A DNA stretch of 64,000 nucleotides from an uncultured Eubacteriales bacterium. Its GTDB lineage: Bacteria; Bacillota; Sulfobacillia; Fermentithermobacillales; Fermentithermobacillaceae. Shown piece by piece: positions 10,244-20,817 of the stretch (position 1 is the stretch's first letter; the number at the start of each line of letters is the position of its first letter). The DNA lies in contig CAYORX010000004.1 in the NCBI GenBank assembly GCA_964406505.1, forward strand, positions 17,056-81,055. Direction: 5' to 3'. The position numbers were made by a program, and so were the translations under genes. The notes beneath the pieces are model-generated. The model was not told the DNA's origin. It did not search any database and saw nothing but the letters and a program-made list of their open reading frames with translations.

Positions 10244-10831
10244 CTACTTTATCACTTTCACCCTACTCGGCCTAAGAATTTGCCCTTTATATGTGTAACC
10301 CTTTTGGATTTCCTCGATGATAGTGCCATGCTCCCCTCCACCTTCTTGCGCAAAAAGCGCTTCATGAAGTGCGGGGTCGAAAGTTTTACCTACAGGGTTT
10401 TCTATAGCTTCTACGCCCTCTTTCATCAACAAATCGAGTATCTGACGCTTAATGAGACGAGCCCCATCGAAAAACGCTTGAAATCCGGAATCTTGAGCTG
10501 ATTGCATGTTTTTTTCGCCCGCAGATAAAAACCTATCGAAATTATCCATCACATCTAGCAAAGAAAGTATCAAATCAGATTTTCCTCTGTTTATCCTGTT
10601 ATGAATATCCCTTTCGGTACGTTTCCTGAAATTTTCCATTTCAGATCTTGCTCTGAGATACCGATCCCAATTGTCTTCAGCTTTTGCTTGCCATTCTGAT
10701 CGCTGTGCGGTAAGGTCCACAATTTTTTGCTTTAGTTCATCTATCGAAGATGTAGTATCGTCAGCAGGGATTTCGGCCTCAAGCCGCTCATCGGTATCAG
10801 AGACGGCAGAATGATTGTTTTTATTATCCAT
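10244..10831 (-). CDS. grpE: Nucleotide exchange factor GrpE
   Basis: 195-aa ORF with a coiled-coil N-terminus and a GrpE C-terminal beta domain. Lies immediately downstream of dnaK. Confidence 0.9.
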   Translation of the reverse strand: MDNKNNHSAVSDTDERLEAEIPADDTTSSIDELKQKIVDLTAQRSEWQAKAEDNWDRYLRARSEMENFRKRTERDIHNRINRGKSDLILSLLDVMDNFDRFLSAGEKNMQSAQDSGFQAFFDGARLIKRQILDLLMKEGVEAIENPVGKTFDPALHEALFAQEGGGEHGTIIEEIQKGYTYKGQILRPSRVKVIK

Positions 10832-10836
10832 GTACC

Positions 10837-12762
10837 TTAACGCTCGCCTTCTTTTTTGTTATCCTTTTCTTTGAACTCAGCATCATAAATATCCTTATGT
10901 TCATCATCAGATGGACCTTCGGCAGTACTTCCCCCGGCTGTTTGTTTTTCTTGCGCGGCTTGCTTATAAATTTCTTCAGCAAGCTTGGCAGCTGCATCTC
11001 GCAAATCCTCGGACGCTTTTTTGATATTATCAAGGTTGTCTTCTTTCAGTGCTTCCCGAGCCGCAGACAACGCATCTTCAGCTTTGCTTCTATCGTCGTC
11101 TGAAATTTTATCTCCAACGTCTTTTAAACTTTTTTCTACCGAGTAAACCAATTGGTCGAGTTGATTTCTTGCTTCTATCTTTTTGCGTTTTTCTTCGTCT
11201 TCTTGGGCAAATTTTTCCGCTTCTTCTACCAAACGGTCAACTTCTTCCCTGGGAAGCTGGGTAGATGCCTTGATGGTGATCTTTTGTTCCTGTCCCGTAC
11301 CCTTATCTTGTGCGGTAACGTTTAAAATCCCGTTAGCATCGATATCAAAAGATACCTCTATTTGAGGCACACCCCTAGGTGCCGGAGGAATACCACTCAG
11401 CATAAATCTCCCTAGCGTCCTATTGTCTTGCGCCATTTGACGTTCTCCCTGAAGCACATGAATTTCAACATTTGGCTGCATATCCGCGGCGGTGGTGAAT
11501 ATTTGGCTCTTTCGAACGGGAATCGTCGTATTGCGTTCTATGATAGGTGTCATTACCTGGCCTAAAGTTTCAATACCCAAAGTCAAAGGAGTTACATCTA
11601 ACAGCACAATATCCTTAACGTCTCCGGCTAGTACACCGGCTTGAATAGCAGCACCCATCGCGACTACTTCATCAGGATTAACACCTCTATTTGGTTGTTT
11701 CCCGGTAAGACTTTGAACCATTTCTTGAATTTTCGGCATTCTGGTAGAGCCACCAACCAAGATTACTTCATCTAATTCTTCGCTTTTAATCTTCGCATCT
11801 TCCAACACTCTTTTCACGGGACCGGTACACCTTCGAGTTAGGTCAGAAGTGAGCTCTTCAAATTTTGCCCGTGTTAAACTCACCTCTAAGTGAAGGGGCT
11901 GCCCATCTCTATCTGCGCTGATAAACGGCAAGCTAATAGTAGCTTGAAGCACCTGTGAAAGTTCGATTTTGGCTTTTTCCGAAGCTTCTATAAGCCGCTG
12001 TAGCGCTTGCCTGTCTTTCCGAAGATCGATTCCATAGTCTTTCCTGAACTCTTCAGCCACATGGTTTACTATCCTTTGATCGTAATCATCCCCGCCAAGA
12101 TGGGTATCACCTGCTGTAGCTAGCACTTCGACCACTCCATCTCCTACCTCTAGAAGAGACACGTCAAAAGTGCCGCCGCCTAGGTCAAACACAAGTATTT
12201 TTTCGTTTGCCTTTTTATCTACTCCGTAAGCGAGCGAAGCCGCAGTTGGCTCATTGATTATACGTAGAACCTCAAGCCCTGCAATTCGACCTGCATCTTT
12301 TGTAGCTTGCCTTTGGGCATCATTAAAATAAGCAGGTACGGTGATCACAGCTTTAGAAATCGATGTACCTAAATATTTTTCCGCATCTTCCTTCATCTTT
12401 CTGATAACTTGCGCCGAGAGCTCTTCGGGTGTCAAATCTTTGTTGATAGAAGGAACATGGACTCTCACTTCTGCATGCTTACCGCGTTTTACCGTGTATG
12501 GTATACGTCCTCGTTCAAGTTCAACTTCGTCATAACGTCGCCCGACAAACCGTTTTATGGACGACACTGTATTTTCGGGGTTCAATACAGCTTGACGCCG
12601 GGCAAGCTGCCCTACAAGTCTCTCTTGCTTTTTGCTGTATGCTACAACAGAAGGCGTAGTTCTAGAACCTTCTTCATTAATTATTACGGTCGGCTCCAAG
12701 CCTTCCATTACAGCGATAACTGAATTAGTGGTACCAAGATCAATGCCTACAATCTTGGACAT
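10837..12762 (-). CDS. dnaK: Molecular chaperone DnaK (Hsp70)
   Basis: 641-aa ORF with canonical Hsp70 signatures ([27 protein letters not shown]). RBS GGAGGTG. Confidence 0.97.
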   Translation of the reverse strand: MSKIVGIDLGTTNSVIAVMEGLEPTVIINEEGSRTTPSVVAYSKKQERLVGQLARRQAVLNPENTVSSIKRFVGRRYDEVELERGRIPYTVKRGKHAEVRVHVPSINKDLTPEELSAQVIRKMKEDAEKYLGTSISKAVITVPAYFNDAQRQATKDAGRIAGLEVLRIINEPTAASLAYGVDKKANEKILVFDLGGGTFDVSLLEVGDGVVEVLATAGDTHLGGDDYDQRIVNHVAEEFRKDYGIDLRKDRQALQRLIEASEKAKIELSQVLQATISLPFISADRDGQPLHLEVSLTRAKFEELTSDLTRRCTGPVKRVLEDAKIKSEELDEVILVGGSTRMPKIQEMVQSLTGKQPNRGVNPDEVVAMGAAIQAGVLAGDVKDIVLLDVTPLTLGIETLGQVMTPIIERNTTIPVRKSQIFTTAADMQPNVEIHVLQGERQMAQDNRTLGRFMLSGIPPAPRGVPQIEVSFDIDANGILNVTAQDKGTGQEQKITIKASTQLPREEVDRLVEEAEKFAQEDEEKRKKIEARNQLDQLVYSVEKSLKDVGDKISDDDRSKAEDALSAAREALKEDNLDNIKKASEDLRDAAAKLAEEIYKQAAQEKQTAGGSTAEGPSDDEHKDIYDAEFKEKDNKKEGER

Positions 12763-12803
12763 AAATACACCTCCATAACGTCACTTGATAGCATATTTTC
12801 CCA

Positions 12804-13151
12804 TTACGTTTTTTTGACTAACCCATGGATATTTTCACAACTGCTGGGTTTACGTCTACGATGTTTAGATGAAATTGCGCTACTGGTTTTAGTGTCAGGA
12901 TCCCCCTCCTCCATGGCAAGAATTACCCGAATTCCCTGCGGATTGATTCCGCAATGACGCCAAAGATATATGATACGGGCAAGTAATTTTAAGTTGTTAT
13001 TGGAATACAGGCGAATGTTAGATTCTGTTCGAGCAGGCAATATTAAGCCTTCATTTTCTATTTGTCGAAGGAACTGCGGAGTTTCTTCAAGAAGGCGCGC
13101 AGCAACGCCTATAGTATAAACCGGATCATCTGGGCCGTGAAAATAAGCCAC
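12804..13151 (-). CDS. hspR: MerR-family heat-shock regulator, HspR-like
   Basis: 115-aa ORF with a MerR HTH (YTIGVAARLLEETPQFLRQIENEGL...RTESNIRLYS) resembling HspR. GTG start preceded by AAGGAG. Ends 41 bp upstream of dnaK. Confidence 0.65.
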   Translation of the reverse strand: MAYFHGPDDPVYTIGVAARLLEETPQFLRQIENEGLILPARTESNIRLYSNNNLKLLARIIYLWRHCGINPQGIRVILAMEEGDPDTKTSSAISSKHRRRKPSSCENIHGLVKKT

Positions 13152-13353
13152 GCACTCATCTCCTTGATAAACAAACCTATCAGTATAATATAACTTTCCT
13201 AATCAATATCAATAACAATTATAGCCTAAACAGTCAACTAATCTTCAAAAAATAGACAATAAATGCTTACTCTTAGATGGATTGCAAATTCAAAGCCGAG
13301 AAAAGCTGCATAAACTCTTCCCGGCCTATATGGTTTGCTACATACTGAGCAAA

Positions 13354-14364
13354 TTATATCATCACGCGTATCAGATATTGTTTGATGAGTTCATCTGCCA
13401 AAGCGGCAGGATAAGTTTCGCCTTTAGACAACTTTTTTAAAGCACGGTCAAGAGTGCCGTCGCTTTTAGAACGAGCAAGAATACGGTCTACTGTTTCCCG
13501 CTTGATACTTTCCTCTAAGGCAGCAACGTAACTTCTGGAAACCCTTTCTTTAAGTAAATCGTTTTGCTCAAGATATTTCAGATGCGCCTTAATATTTGCA
13601 AAAAGATCTTCTACGCCTTTGTTTTCAAATGCAATGGTTTTAACTACCGGGGGCCGCCATTGACGTTCTCGATTGAGTTCCAACATCGTTTCTAACACAG
13701 AAACTGCTTTATCTGCTTCGGGGTGATCAGCTTTATTAACACAAAACACATCACCTATCTCTAAAATGCCAGCCTTAATTGCTTGAATATCGTCACCAAG
13801 CCCAGGCGCAACAACTACCAGCACCGAATGTGCATATCTCATGATATCGACTTCGGACTGGCCGGTACCCACCGTTTCTACCAATACGTAGTCAAAACCA
13901 AACGAATCAAAAAGCGTTATTATATCTCCGGTATGCTTTGATACTCCTCCAAGATAGCCCCGAGAGGCTAAACTGCGAAAAAACACTTTGTCATCGGTTG
14001 TGCGCGTCCTCACTCTTACCCTGTCACCAAGTATTGCACCTCCGGTAAAAGGTGAAGAGGGATCTACAGCGATCACCCCAACCGAGTTCCCTTGGTGCCT
14101 AATTGCATCGATCAGATTGTCAACTAAGGTCGACTTACCGACTCCGGGCGAACCTGTTATCCCTAAAATTTTGCTATGCCCTTTACGCCGAAAAGCTTCC
14201 TCGATGATGCGTGAAGCATGCTCAGAGCCGTTTTCAACAAACGTCACTGCCCTAGCTAAAGCAGTTCTTTTTCCATTGTAAAAATCTTGAATCAAACTTT
14301 CTGCTACGTTGTTTTTGATTAATTCATGCAAATCGAACACCGCCCCACCCAGATTATCAACCAA
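13354..14364 (-). CDS. meaB: Methylmalonyl-CoA mutase-associated GTPase MeaB (ArgK)
   Basis: P-loop GSPGVGKST and MeaB/ArgK family architecture, 336 aa. Confidence 0.88.
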   Translation of the reverse strand: MVDNLGGAVFDLHELIKNNVAESLIQDFYNGKRTALARAVTFVENGSEHASRIIEEAFRRKGHSKILGITGSPGVGKSTLVDNLIDAIRHQGNSVGVIAVDPSSPFTGGAILGDRVRVRTRTTDDKVFFRSLASRGYLGGVSKHTGDIITLFDSFGFDYVLVETVGTGQSEVDIMRYAHSVLVVVAPGLGDDIQAIKAGILEIGDVFCVNKADHPEADKAVSVLETMLELNRERQWRPPVVKTIAFENKGVEDLFANIKAHLKYLEQNDLLKERVSRSYVAALEESIKRETVDRILARSKSDGTLDRALKKLSKGETYPAALADELIKQYLIRVMI

Positions 14365-14370
14365 GCTTTA

Positions 14371-14787
14371 TTATCTTTTCAGATTGGTTTTGGTGTATTT
14401 TACAATATCCTGGGTGCTGGTTCCTGGGCCAAACACTGCATCTACACCGTTTTGTTTCAGAAATTCAACATCTTCTGCCGGAATAATACCGCCTGCTAAT
14501 ATTAAAATATCTAGTTCTTCACTTTCCTTTTCCTTTTCTAAACACTTAACCACTCGCGGAAGCAAAGTACTATGCGCTCCGGAAAGAATGGAACAGGCCA
14601 CTACATCAACGTCTTCTTCTACCGCCATCCTAGCCAATTCTTCAGGAGTACGGTGCAGGCCGCTATATATAACTTCCATACCGGCGTCTCTGTAGGCCCT
14701 AGCTATCACTTTTGCTCCACGATCGTGGCCGTCAAGCCCCGGTTTTCCTACAAGCACTCTAATTTTCCTGTCCATCCTGTTTCCCAC
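14371..14787 (-). CDS. Methylmalonyl-CoA mutase small subunit, B12-binding domain
   Basis: 138-aa ORF with the cobalamin-binding DxHxxG motif ([10 protein letters not shown]) and a Rossmann-like B12-binding fold. Confidence 0.85.
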   Translation of the reverse strand: MGNRMDRKIRVLVGKPGLDGHDRGAKVIARAYRDAGMEVIYSGLHRTPEELARMAVEEDVDVVACSILSGAHSTLLPRVVKCLEKEKESEELDILILAGGIIPAEDVEFLKQNGVDAVFGPGTSTQDIVKYTKTNLKR

Positions 14788-14817
14788 CCCTAAATTTGAT
14801 TAACTGCAATCTTCTTT

Positions 14818-15954
14818 TTATGTAAGTAAAGATATCATTACCCCAGCAGCAACCGCCGTACCTATCACTCCTGCCACATTAGGTCCCATTGCGTGCATCA
14901 ACAAGAAATTTTGAGGGTTTTCTTGCTGACCGACAACCTGGGTTACTCTAGCGGCCATGGGAACAGCTGATACCCCTGCTGAGCCAATAAGCGGATTGAT
15001 TTTGCCGCCGGACAGGCGATACATGAGTTTTGCGAGGAGCAAGCCCCCGGCAGTTCCACCGGCAAATGCAAATATTCCAAGACTGATGATTTTTATGGTA
15101 TCTAAGGTCAAAAATGTTTCAGCGCTCATAGTTGCCCCGACTGATGTAGCTAAAAAGATCACTACGATATTGTTAATCTCGTTTTGGGCAGCGCCGGATA
15201 ACCTGTCAGTAACGCCACATTCTCTAAAAAGATTCCCTAGCATGAGCATTCCTATTAAAGGTGCTATAGATGGAAGAAGCAAACTTACCAATATTGTAAC
15301 TGCGATTGGAAATACTATTTTTTCGGTTTTAGACACTTTCCTAAGTTGAGACATAACTGTAGAGCGCTCTTTCTTTGTGGTCAGGGCTTTCATAATAGGT
15401 GGTTGAATAAACGGAACCAAAGACATATAGGTATATGCCGCCACCGCGATGGGTCCTACCAATTCGGGTGCTAATTTCATCGCCGCGTAAATAGCTGTCG
15501 GGCCGTCAGCCCCACCGATAAGCCCAATAGCACCTGACTGCATAATCGTAAACCCTAAGCCTTTCGCCAAAAGCATCGCTAAAAATACGCCGGCTTGCGC
15601 CGCAGCACCAAGTACAATAGTTGAAGGATTCGCCAAAAGCGGTCCGAAATCAGTCATCGCTCCAACCCCTAGGAAAATAAGCGGGGGAAAAATTTCTTTT
15701 TCCACTCCTAGGTTAAGGTAATAAAGTAATCCACCCGGCATATCACCTTCAGGCGGGTTCATGATGGGAGCAAAGGGTAGATTAGCTAAAATAGTGCCAA
15801 AAGCAATAGGTATCAGTAAAAGAGGCTCAAACTTCTTATATATCGCCAGATACAAAAGCAAAATTCCAATAAACAACATGACCACGTTACCTAAAGTAAG
15901 GCCCGCCAATCCTGTTGTTTGCCATAACCTTTCAACCAGTACGCCTAGGTTCAT
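14818..15954 (-). CDS. mmdB: Na+-translocating methylmalonyl-CoA/oxaloacetate decarboxylase beta subunit
   Basis: 378-aa polytopic membrane protein of the OadB/MmdB/GcdB family. Confidence 0.88.
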   Translation of the reverse strand: MNLGVLVERLWQTTGLAGLTLGNVVMLFIGILLLYLAIYKKFEPLLLIPIAFGTILANLPFAPIMNPPEGDMPGGLLYYLNLGVEKEIFPPLIFLGVGAMTDFGPLLANPSTIVLGAAAQAGVFLAMLLAKGLGFTIMQSGAIGLIGGADGPTAIYAAMKLAPELVGPIAVAAYTYMSLVPFIQPPIMKALTTKKERSTVMSQLRKVSKTEKIVFPIAVTILVSLLLPSIAPLIGMLMLGNLFRECGVTDRLSGAAQNEINNIVVIFLATSVGATMSAETFLTLDTIKIISLGIFAFAGGTAGGLLLAKLMYRLSGGKINPLIGSAGVSAVPMAARVTQVVGQQENPQNFLLMHAMGPNVAGVIGTAVAAGVMISLLT

Positions 15955-15991
15955 TCTGTGAGTACACCCTCTTCCGGTTTAAGGTATTTAA

Positions 15992-16412
15992 CTAACTATC
16001 GAAACGAACGAGAATATCGCCAGACTGTACAGTTGCTCCCTGAGCTGTCAAAACCTCGGCTACAACAGCATCGTAAGGTGCAAGCACTTCGTTTTGCATT
16101 TTCATCGCTTCAAGAATTAGCAGTACATCGCCTTTCTTTACGCTGCTTCCTGCTGAAACTTTGACCTCCATTATGACACCAGGGATAGGTGCTATAACTA
16201 CGTTTTCCCCTGATACAGGCGGTTTTGGTTTGGGCGCGGCCGCCGGTGCAGCAGCGCGAACAGGTTTCGGAGCAGGAGTACTGGTTGAAACCTGAGCAGG
16301 CGGCACAGCTTTGGAAATTTGGGACTCCTGCCCTGCCCCTTTAATCTCTTCTACTTCAACTTCAAACACTTCATCATCAATTTTCACTTTAAATCGCCGC
16401 ACAAGAGATCCT
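15992..16412 (-). CDS. mmdC: Biotin carboxyl carrier subunit of methylmalonyl-CoA decarboxylase (gamma)
   Basis: Biotinyl-lysine motif EAMKM and an Ala/Pro-rich linker. The preferred start is the GTG at 16412, preceded by GGGAGG, which removes the overlap with the upstream gene; the track ORF extends to 16489. Confidence 0.8.
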
Positions 16413-16448
16413 CCCTTCTTGTTTACGAACCTTTTCAATGAAATTAAC

Positions 16449-16823
16449 CTATCTGCTCGCACGAATCCTGTAAAACTTACCCCATGCACCGGCGTCAGGA
16501 ATTCTTCTTATGAACACCGGTATTTCATGTGTTTCATCTATATAAGCGCTTACTGCCGCGATAATAATCGCCTTGCAACGTGAATCCAGCGAATCAAAAG
16601 GTATACCCTTTTCGTCAATCATATCCAACTTGTTCTTTGTAGATTCACTAGGAGAAATTGCAATTTCGTTTGTGGTTGCTTCCGTGGGTCGTTTGTTTTC
16701 TGCATTCGATACGGTTTTGTAAATCAAACTGATCATAAAGGCAATTATTAGCAGTACTCCAAAAACGATCGTTAGATTAATCAAACTCAAAATTATACCG
16801 CCTGTAAAAGTATCAGGTATCAT
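16449..16823 (-). CDS. mmdD: OadG-like small membrane subunit of the decarboxylase complex (delta)
   Basis: 124-aa ORF with a single N-terminal TM helix (OadG family) and a C-terminal region typical of MmdD. Confidence 0.65.
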   Translation of the reverse strand: MIPDTFTGGIILSLINLTIVFGVLLIIAFMISLIYKTVSNAENKRPTEATTNEIAISPSESTKNKLDMIDEKGIPFDSLDSRCKAIIIAAVSAYIDETHEIPVFIRRIPDAGAWGKFYRIRASR

Positions 16824-16874
16824 CTTCTATCCCTCCACATGTCGTGGATCCGACACATATTCAAAACCAGTTTC

Positions 16875-18455
16875 TCAAAGCGGTATGTTACCATGTTTTT
16901 TGGGTGTGCTTTCTGCTTTTTTCGTTGACATAAGTTCAAGGGCACCTATGACAGTAGGTCTTATTTCTTGAGGATCAATGATCCCGTCAATATAACCCCT
17001 ACTTGCCGCCACATATGGGTTAGCAAATAAATCCCGGAATTCCTGAATTTTTTCTTTGCGCTTTGCAACAGGATCTTCAGCGTCACCTATTTCTTTTCGA
17101 AAAACGATATTTGCAGCACCCTCCGGTCCCATAACCGCAATTTCGGCGTGAGGAAATGCAAATACCATGTCAGCCCCTAAATGTCTTGAACACATTGCTA
17201 TGTAAGCTCCACCGTAAGCCTTCCTCGTGATTACGGTCACCTTGGGAACAGTCGCTTCCGAAAAAGCATACAACAATTTCGCACCATGTCTGATTATGCC
17301 ACCGTATTCTTGATCGGTTCCGGGTAGATAGCCTGGTACGTCTACCAAAGTTACAAGAGGTACGTTAAATGCATCGCAAAGCCGCACAAATCTCGCAGCT
17401 TTATCAGACGCATTGATATCAAGGCATCCAGCCTTTGACATAGGCTGAGATGCAGTAATCCCTACTACCCTACCGCCGAACCTGGCAAAACCGGTAATGA
17501 TGTTTGTTGCAAAATGTTTTGACACTTCGAAAAAAGTTCCGTTATCTACCATAGGATGTATCACGTCGTACATGTCATATCCTTTGTTCGGATCGACGGG
17601 TACTACTTCGCGCAAAATAGGTTCACATCTTCCAGGTTCATCATCTGAATCCAAATATAAAGGATCTTCTTGGTTGTTTGCAGGGAGATAAGATAAAAGT
17701 GTTCGTACCATTTCTAGGCAAGAAATTTCGTTAGGTGCCATAAACTGAGCTACACCGCTCACCTGATTGTGGACGAGCGCACCACCTAATTGTTCAACTG
17801 TTACTTCTTCACCGGTGACCGCTTTGATCACCTGTGGACCTGTTATAAACATATTGGATGTACCTTCTACCATGAACACAAAATCGGTAAGCGCCGGAGA
17901 ATATACAGCACCGCCTGCACAAGGTCCGAGAATAACCGATATTTGAGGAATTACACCTGAATATTTTACGTTACGGTAAAAGATATTCCCATAGCCTTTG
18001 AGAGAATCTACCCCTTCTTGAATTCTTGCACCGCCAGAGTCATTTAAAGATACGAACGGAATTCCGACCTTAGCAGCAAGATCCATGCATTTACAAATTT
18101 TTTCTGCATGCATTTCACCTAATGAACCACCGATTACCGTAAAGTCTTGAGATGCAACACACACGGCCCTGCCGTTTACTAAACCATATCCTGTGACAAC
18201 ACCCTCGCCTGGTGCCTCTACTTTTTCCATGCCAAATGCAGTTGCCCGATGTGTAACAAAAGCATCGATTTCAACAAACGTGCCTGAATCAAAAAAGGCG
18301 GCTACGCGTTCCCTCGCAGTCATTTTACCGCGTTTATGCTGCCTTTCAATTCTGGCGCTTCCGCCACCTTGCTTAATTTTGTCCCGGCGAGTTTTTAATT
18401 CCTTGAGTTTTTCTTCCAGTTGCAACAAGGAATCTGACAACCAATTCACCTCCAA
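16875..18455 (-). CDS. mmdA: Methylmalonyl-CoA carboxyltransferase (alpha subunit)
   Basis: 526-aa carboxyltransferase domain (acyl-CoA carboxylase beta family). First gene of the mmd operon. Confidence 0.9.
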   Translation of the reverse strand: MEVNWLSDSLLQLEEKLKELKTRRDKIKQGGGSARIERQHKRGKMTARERVAAFFDSGTFVEIDAFVTHRATAFGMEKVEAPGEGVVTGYGLVNGRAVCVASQDFTVIGGSLGEMHAEKICKCMDLAAKVGIPFVSLNDSGGARIQEGVDSLKGYGNIFYRNVKYSGVIPQISVILGPCAGGAVYSPALTDFVFMVEGTSNMFITGPQVIKAVTGEEVTVEQLGGALVHNQVSGVAQFMAPNEISCLEMVRTLLSYLPANNQEDPLYLDSDDEPGRCEPILREVVPVDPNKGYDMYDVIHPMVDNGTFFEVSKHFATNIITGFARFGGRVVGITASQPMSKAGCLDINASDKAARFVRLCDAFNVPLVTLVDVPGYLPGTDQEYGGIIRHGAKLLYAFSEATVPKVTVITRKAYGGAYIAMCSRHLGADMVFAFPHAEIAVMGPEGAANIVFRKEIGDAEDPVAKRKEKIQEFRDLFANPYVAASRGYIDGIIDPQEIRPTVIGALELMSTKKAESTPKKHGNIPL

Positions 18456-18672
18456 AAGAAAAATAAAAGGTCACCGACTTGGACCAGCCAATCTTTCACC
18501 AAAGTCCACAAGAAGCCATGCATAGCATAACATAAAGCATACAAACGTTGAAGACCATTTACGCACCGCCTCAATTTTAACCCTTTTCTGAGTTTGGCCT
18601 TGCCGGACAGTCCAATATTCATCAATCCCAAAACAGTTTTTTGTAAGGACGCTCAAATCATATCGGCAGCAT

Positions 18673-19305
18673 TTACAAATAAAAGCCTAATTCTTGAAGA
18701 TCAGATGTCACATCGCTATTTTGAATTCTTACACCCGAAGGAGCCTTAATTCTTACGGGAGCAAAATTCAAAATTCCCTTAATACCGCTAGAAATCGCCT
18801 GGCCCACCACGCTTTGAGCTACAGACGCCGGAACTGCGATGACACCAATTCGTATCTGCTTGCCAAATACCACTTGGTCTACATCATCAATATGGCTGAC
18901 TAAAACTCCTCCAATTTTTTTACCCACTTTATCTTCGTTCACATCAAATAAAGCTTTCACGACAAATCTGTAATTGGGGGTAATTTCCTTGCGAGAACTC
19001 AAATACCTAGCAAGAGCTGTTCCAAGTTCACCAACACCGAAAACAGCAATATTCATTTGTCGATCCGCTCCGAGAATTTTGATGACTTCATCTCTCAGCC
19101 CTAAAACCGGGTAACCAACGCCTTGTTTGCCAAACTGCCCGAATAAAACTAAGTCTTTTCTTACCTGTGCACTATTTACAGCTGCAAGTTCTCCAATTTT
19201 TGCTGATGAAATATAGTCTTCTGGGCTCGCATCTATTTCGGTCAAAATTCTTAAATATGTAACAAGCCTTCGAATTACAACATCTGGTATCTTATTTCTC
19301 AGCAA
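18673..19305 (-). CDS. rex: Redox-sensing transcriptional repressor Rex
   Basis: 210-aa ORF with an N-terminal winged helix and a Rossmann NADH-binding motif (GVGELGTAL). Confidence 0.9.
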   Translation of the reverse strand: MLRNKIPDVVIRRLVTYLRILTEIDASPEDYISSAKIGELAAVNSAQVRKDLVLFGQFGKQGVGYPVLGLRDEVIKILGADRQMNIAVFGVGELGTALARYLSSRKEITPNYRFVVKALFDVNEDKVGKKIGGVLVSHIDDVDQVVFGKQIRIGVIAVPASVAQSVVGQAISSGIKGILNFAPVRIKAPSGVRIQNSDVTSDLQELGFYL

Positions 19306-19427
19306 ATTCGCACCTCCTTATGTTGTTAGTTCCAATTTGTCTGTTCAATATTTAAACACTTCGATCTTCGAAACTTTGACTGGAATCAAACATGAACCCA
19401 CCTTTATATGATTTCACACTTCGGTTT

Positions 19428-19955
19428 TTAATGCCGGTTAAGAATATTTTCTGTATATGCAATAATTCTTCCTGCTGCAAGCCCCGTGAAAATTCCCGTC
19501 GGTATTGCAAATGCAAGTAAATATGGCAAATAAAACATAACGCCGATTTGTCTTAAAATTAAAGAAGCAACCAGCAGCTGCCCAATATTATGGGTAACCG
19601 AACCGATTGTGCTTATTCCTACAGCAGATAATTTCTTATCAAATATTGTTTTTATTACATACATTGCCCCAGTCGACAAAAGCGCTCCGGAAACGCTCAG
19701 ATAATAAGCCACGTTCAAGAACGTACCGGAAAATAAACTTCCCAAAAGCGTTCTCAAAAAACTTATGGTAAGCGATTCGCCAGGTCCCATTGTCATTACA
19801 GCATACAATGCCACAATATTTGCAAGCCCGAGTTTTGCCCCAGGAACAACATAGGGAACAGGGATCAATGCTTCGACGATATGCAAAACGGTAGCGAGCG
19901 CGACTAATATAGCGATCCGTGTAAGAGTTTTAACTTCGCTTGATTTCAATTCCAA
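19428..19955 (-). CDS. Gx transporter family membrane protein (heptaprenyl diphosphate synthase component I-like)
   Basis: 175-aa 5-TM ORF with KLGLANIV and R.LLGSLFSGT motifs resembling PF07456. Confidence 0.5.
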   Translation of the reverse strand: MELKSSEVKTLTRIAILVALATVLHIVEALIPVPYVVPGAKLGLANIVALYAVMTMGPGESLTISFLRTLLGSLFSGTFLNVAYYLSVSGALLSTGAMYVIKTIFDKKLSAVGISTIGSVTHNIGQLLVASLILRQIGVMFYLPYLLAFAIPTGIFTGLAAGRIIAYTENILNRH

Positions 19956-19967
19956 TTATTCCACCGT

Positions 19968-20723
19968 TCAATCAAAATTTTCAACAGTGCGTTTTCTCCT
20001 TTTCCGATTGCCATAAACATAAATGACCAAACTGGTTCCGAGCAGTGCGATAGACACCCATTGGGCTTGACTTAATCCAAACATAAAAGCCCCGCTTTCC
20101 CTGAAAAACTCAAGAAAAAACCTTATGACCGCGTAACCCGAAATATAAATAAGGAAAAGGCCTCCTTCAAAAGCGATACTATCGAACAGTTTCAACAATA
20201 TCGCAAATAAAATGAAGTTTGCTATGCTTTCGTATATCGGATACGGATGTCTTAAACCCGGGGCGAACCTTGTAAGTACTCCCCATTGCCCATTAGTTAA
20301 TATCCCATAGCAGCAACCGCTTAACAAACATCCTATTCTACCAATTGATTGCCCCAATGCAACCCCAGGTGCCATTATGTCAAACAACAATCCAAATCGC
20401 AGTTTTTTAAACCGACAATAAGATCCTAAAGCGATCATTCCGCTGATTAAAACGCCGTGAATAGAAAAACCACCATCTCTTACATCAAAAACTGACTGCC
20501 AGGTATGATAATCTCGTGTATTCAATGCAACATAGAGTAACCTGCCACCAGCAACTCCTGCTAAAAGCAACATGATAAAAAGTTCGAACAGCGAATCTGG
20601 ATCGACTCCCTTTTTTCGAGCCATGTTGCTAGCTACTGTCACACCCAAAACATATCCAATGCCCACCATAAGCCCATAAGAATAAAATTCTATTCCGCCA
20701 ATGGTGAAAAGAACTGGCTTCAT
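19968..20723 (-). CDS. lgt: Prolipoprotein diacylglyceryl transferase
   Basis: Lgt family membrane protein (MKPVLFTIGGIEFYSYGLM...). The preferred start is the ATG at 20723 with a GAGGTG RBS; the track ORF starts at 20744. Confidence 0.88.
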   Translation of the reverse strand: MKPVLFTIGGIEFYSYGLMVGIGYVLGVTVASNMARKKGVDPDSLFELFIMLLLAGVAGGRLLYVALNTRDYHTWQSVFDVRDGGFSIHGVLISGMIALGSYCRFKKLRFGLLFDIMAPGVALGQSIGRIGCLLSGCCYGILTNGQWGVLTRFAPGLRHPYPIYESIANFILFAILLKLFDSIAFEGGLFLIYISGYAVIRFFLEFFRESGAFMFGLSQAQWVSIALLGTSLVIYVYGNRKRRKRTVENFD

Positions 20724-20817
20724 ACGATCACCTCTCTCAATCATACCATTTCAGAATAAATACATACCATTAAATACATGCTATCAGCATAGAACACGAA
20801 ACACCGGGAGGGCAACT

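Noticed and set aside
12763-13353. Looked for CIRCE (HrcA) or HAIR (HspR) inverted repeats around the hspR-like and dnaK promoters
   Set aside because: No match to either consensus was visible. Only promoter-like TTGACT and TATAAT elements with ambiguous spacing and a TATTGATATTGAT direct repeat are present.
19343-19359. Imperfect AT-rich palindrome TGTTCAATATTTAAACA upstream of rex, as a possible Rex operator
   Set aside because: It matches neither TTGTGAA-N4-TTCACAA nor the clostridial TTGTTAA-N4-TTAACAA half-sites cleanly, and is too AT-rich to call by eye. A weak candidate only.
20701-20817. 5' extension of the track ORF 20701..21237 on the plus strand
   Set aside because: It overlaps the lgt coding region on the opposite strand and has no RBS. 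The ATG at 20818 with a GGGAGGG Shine-Dalgarno is the credible start.
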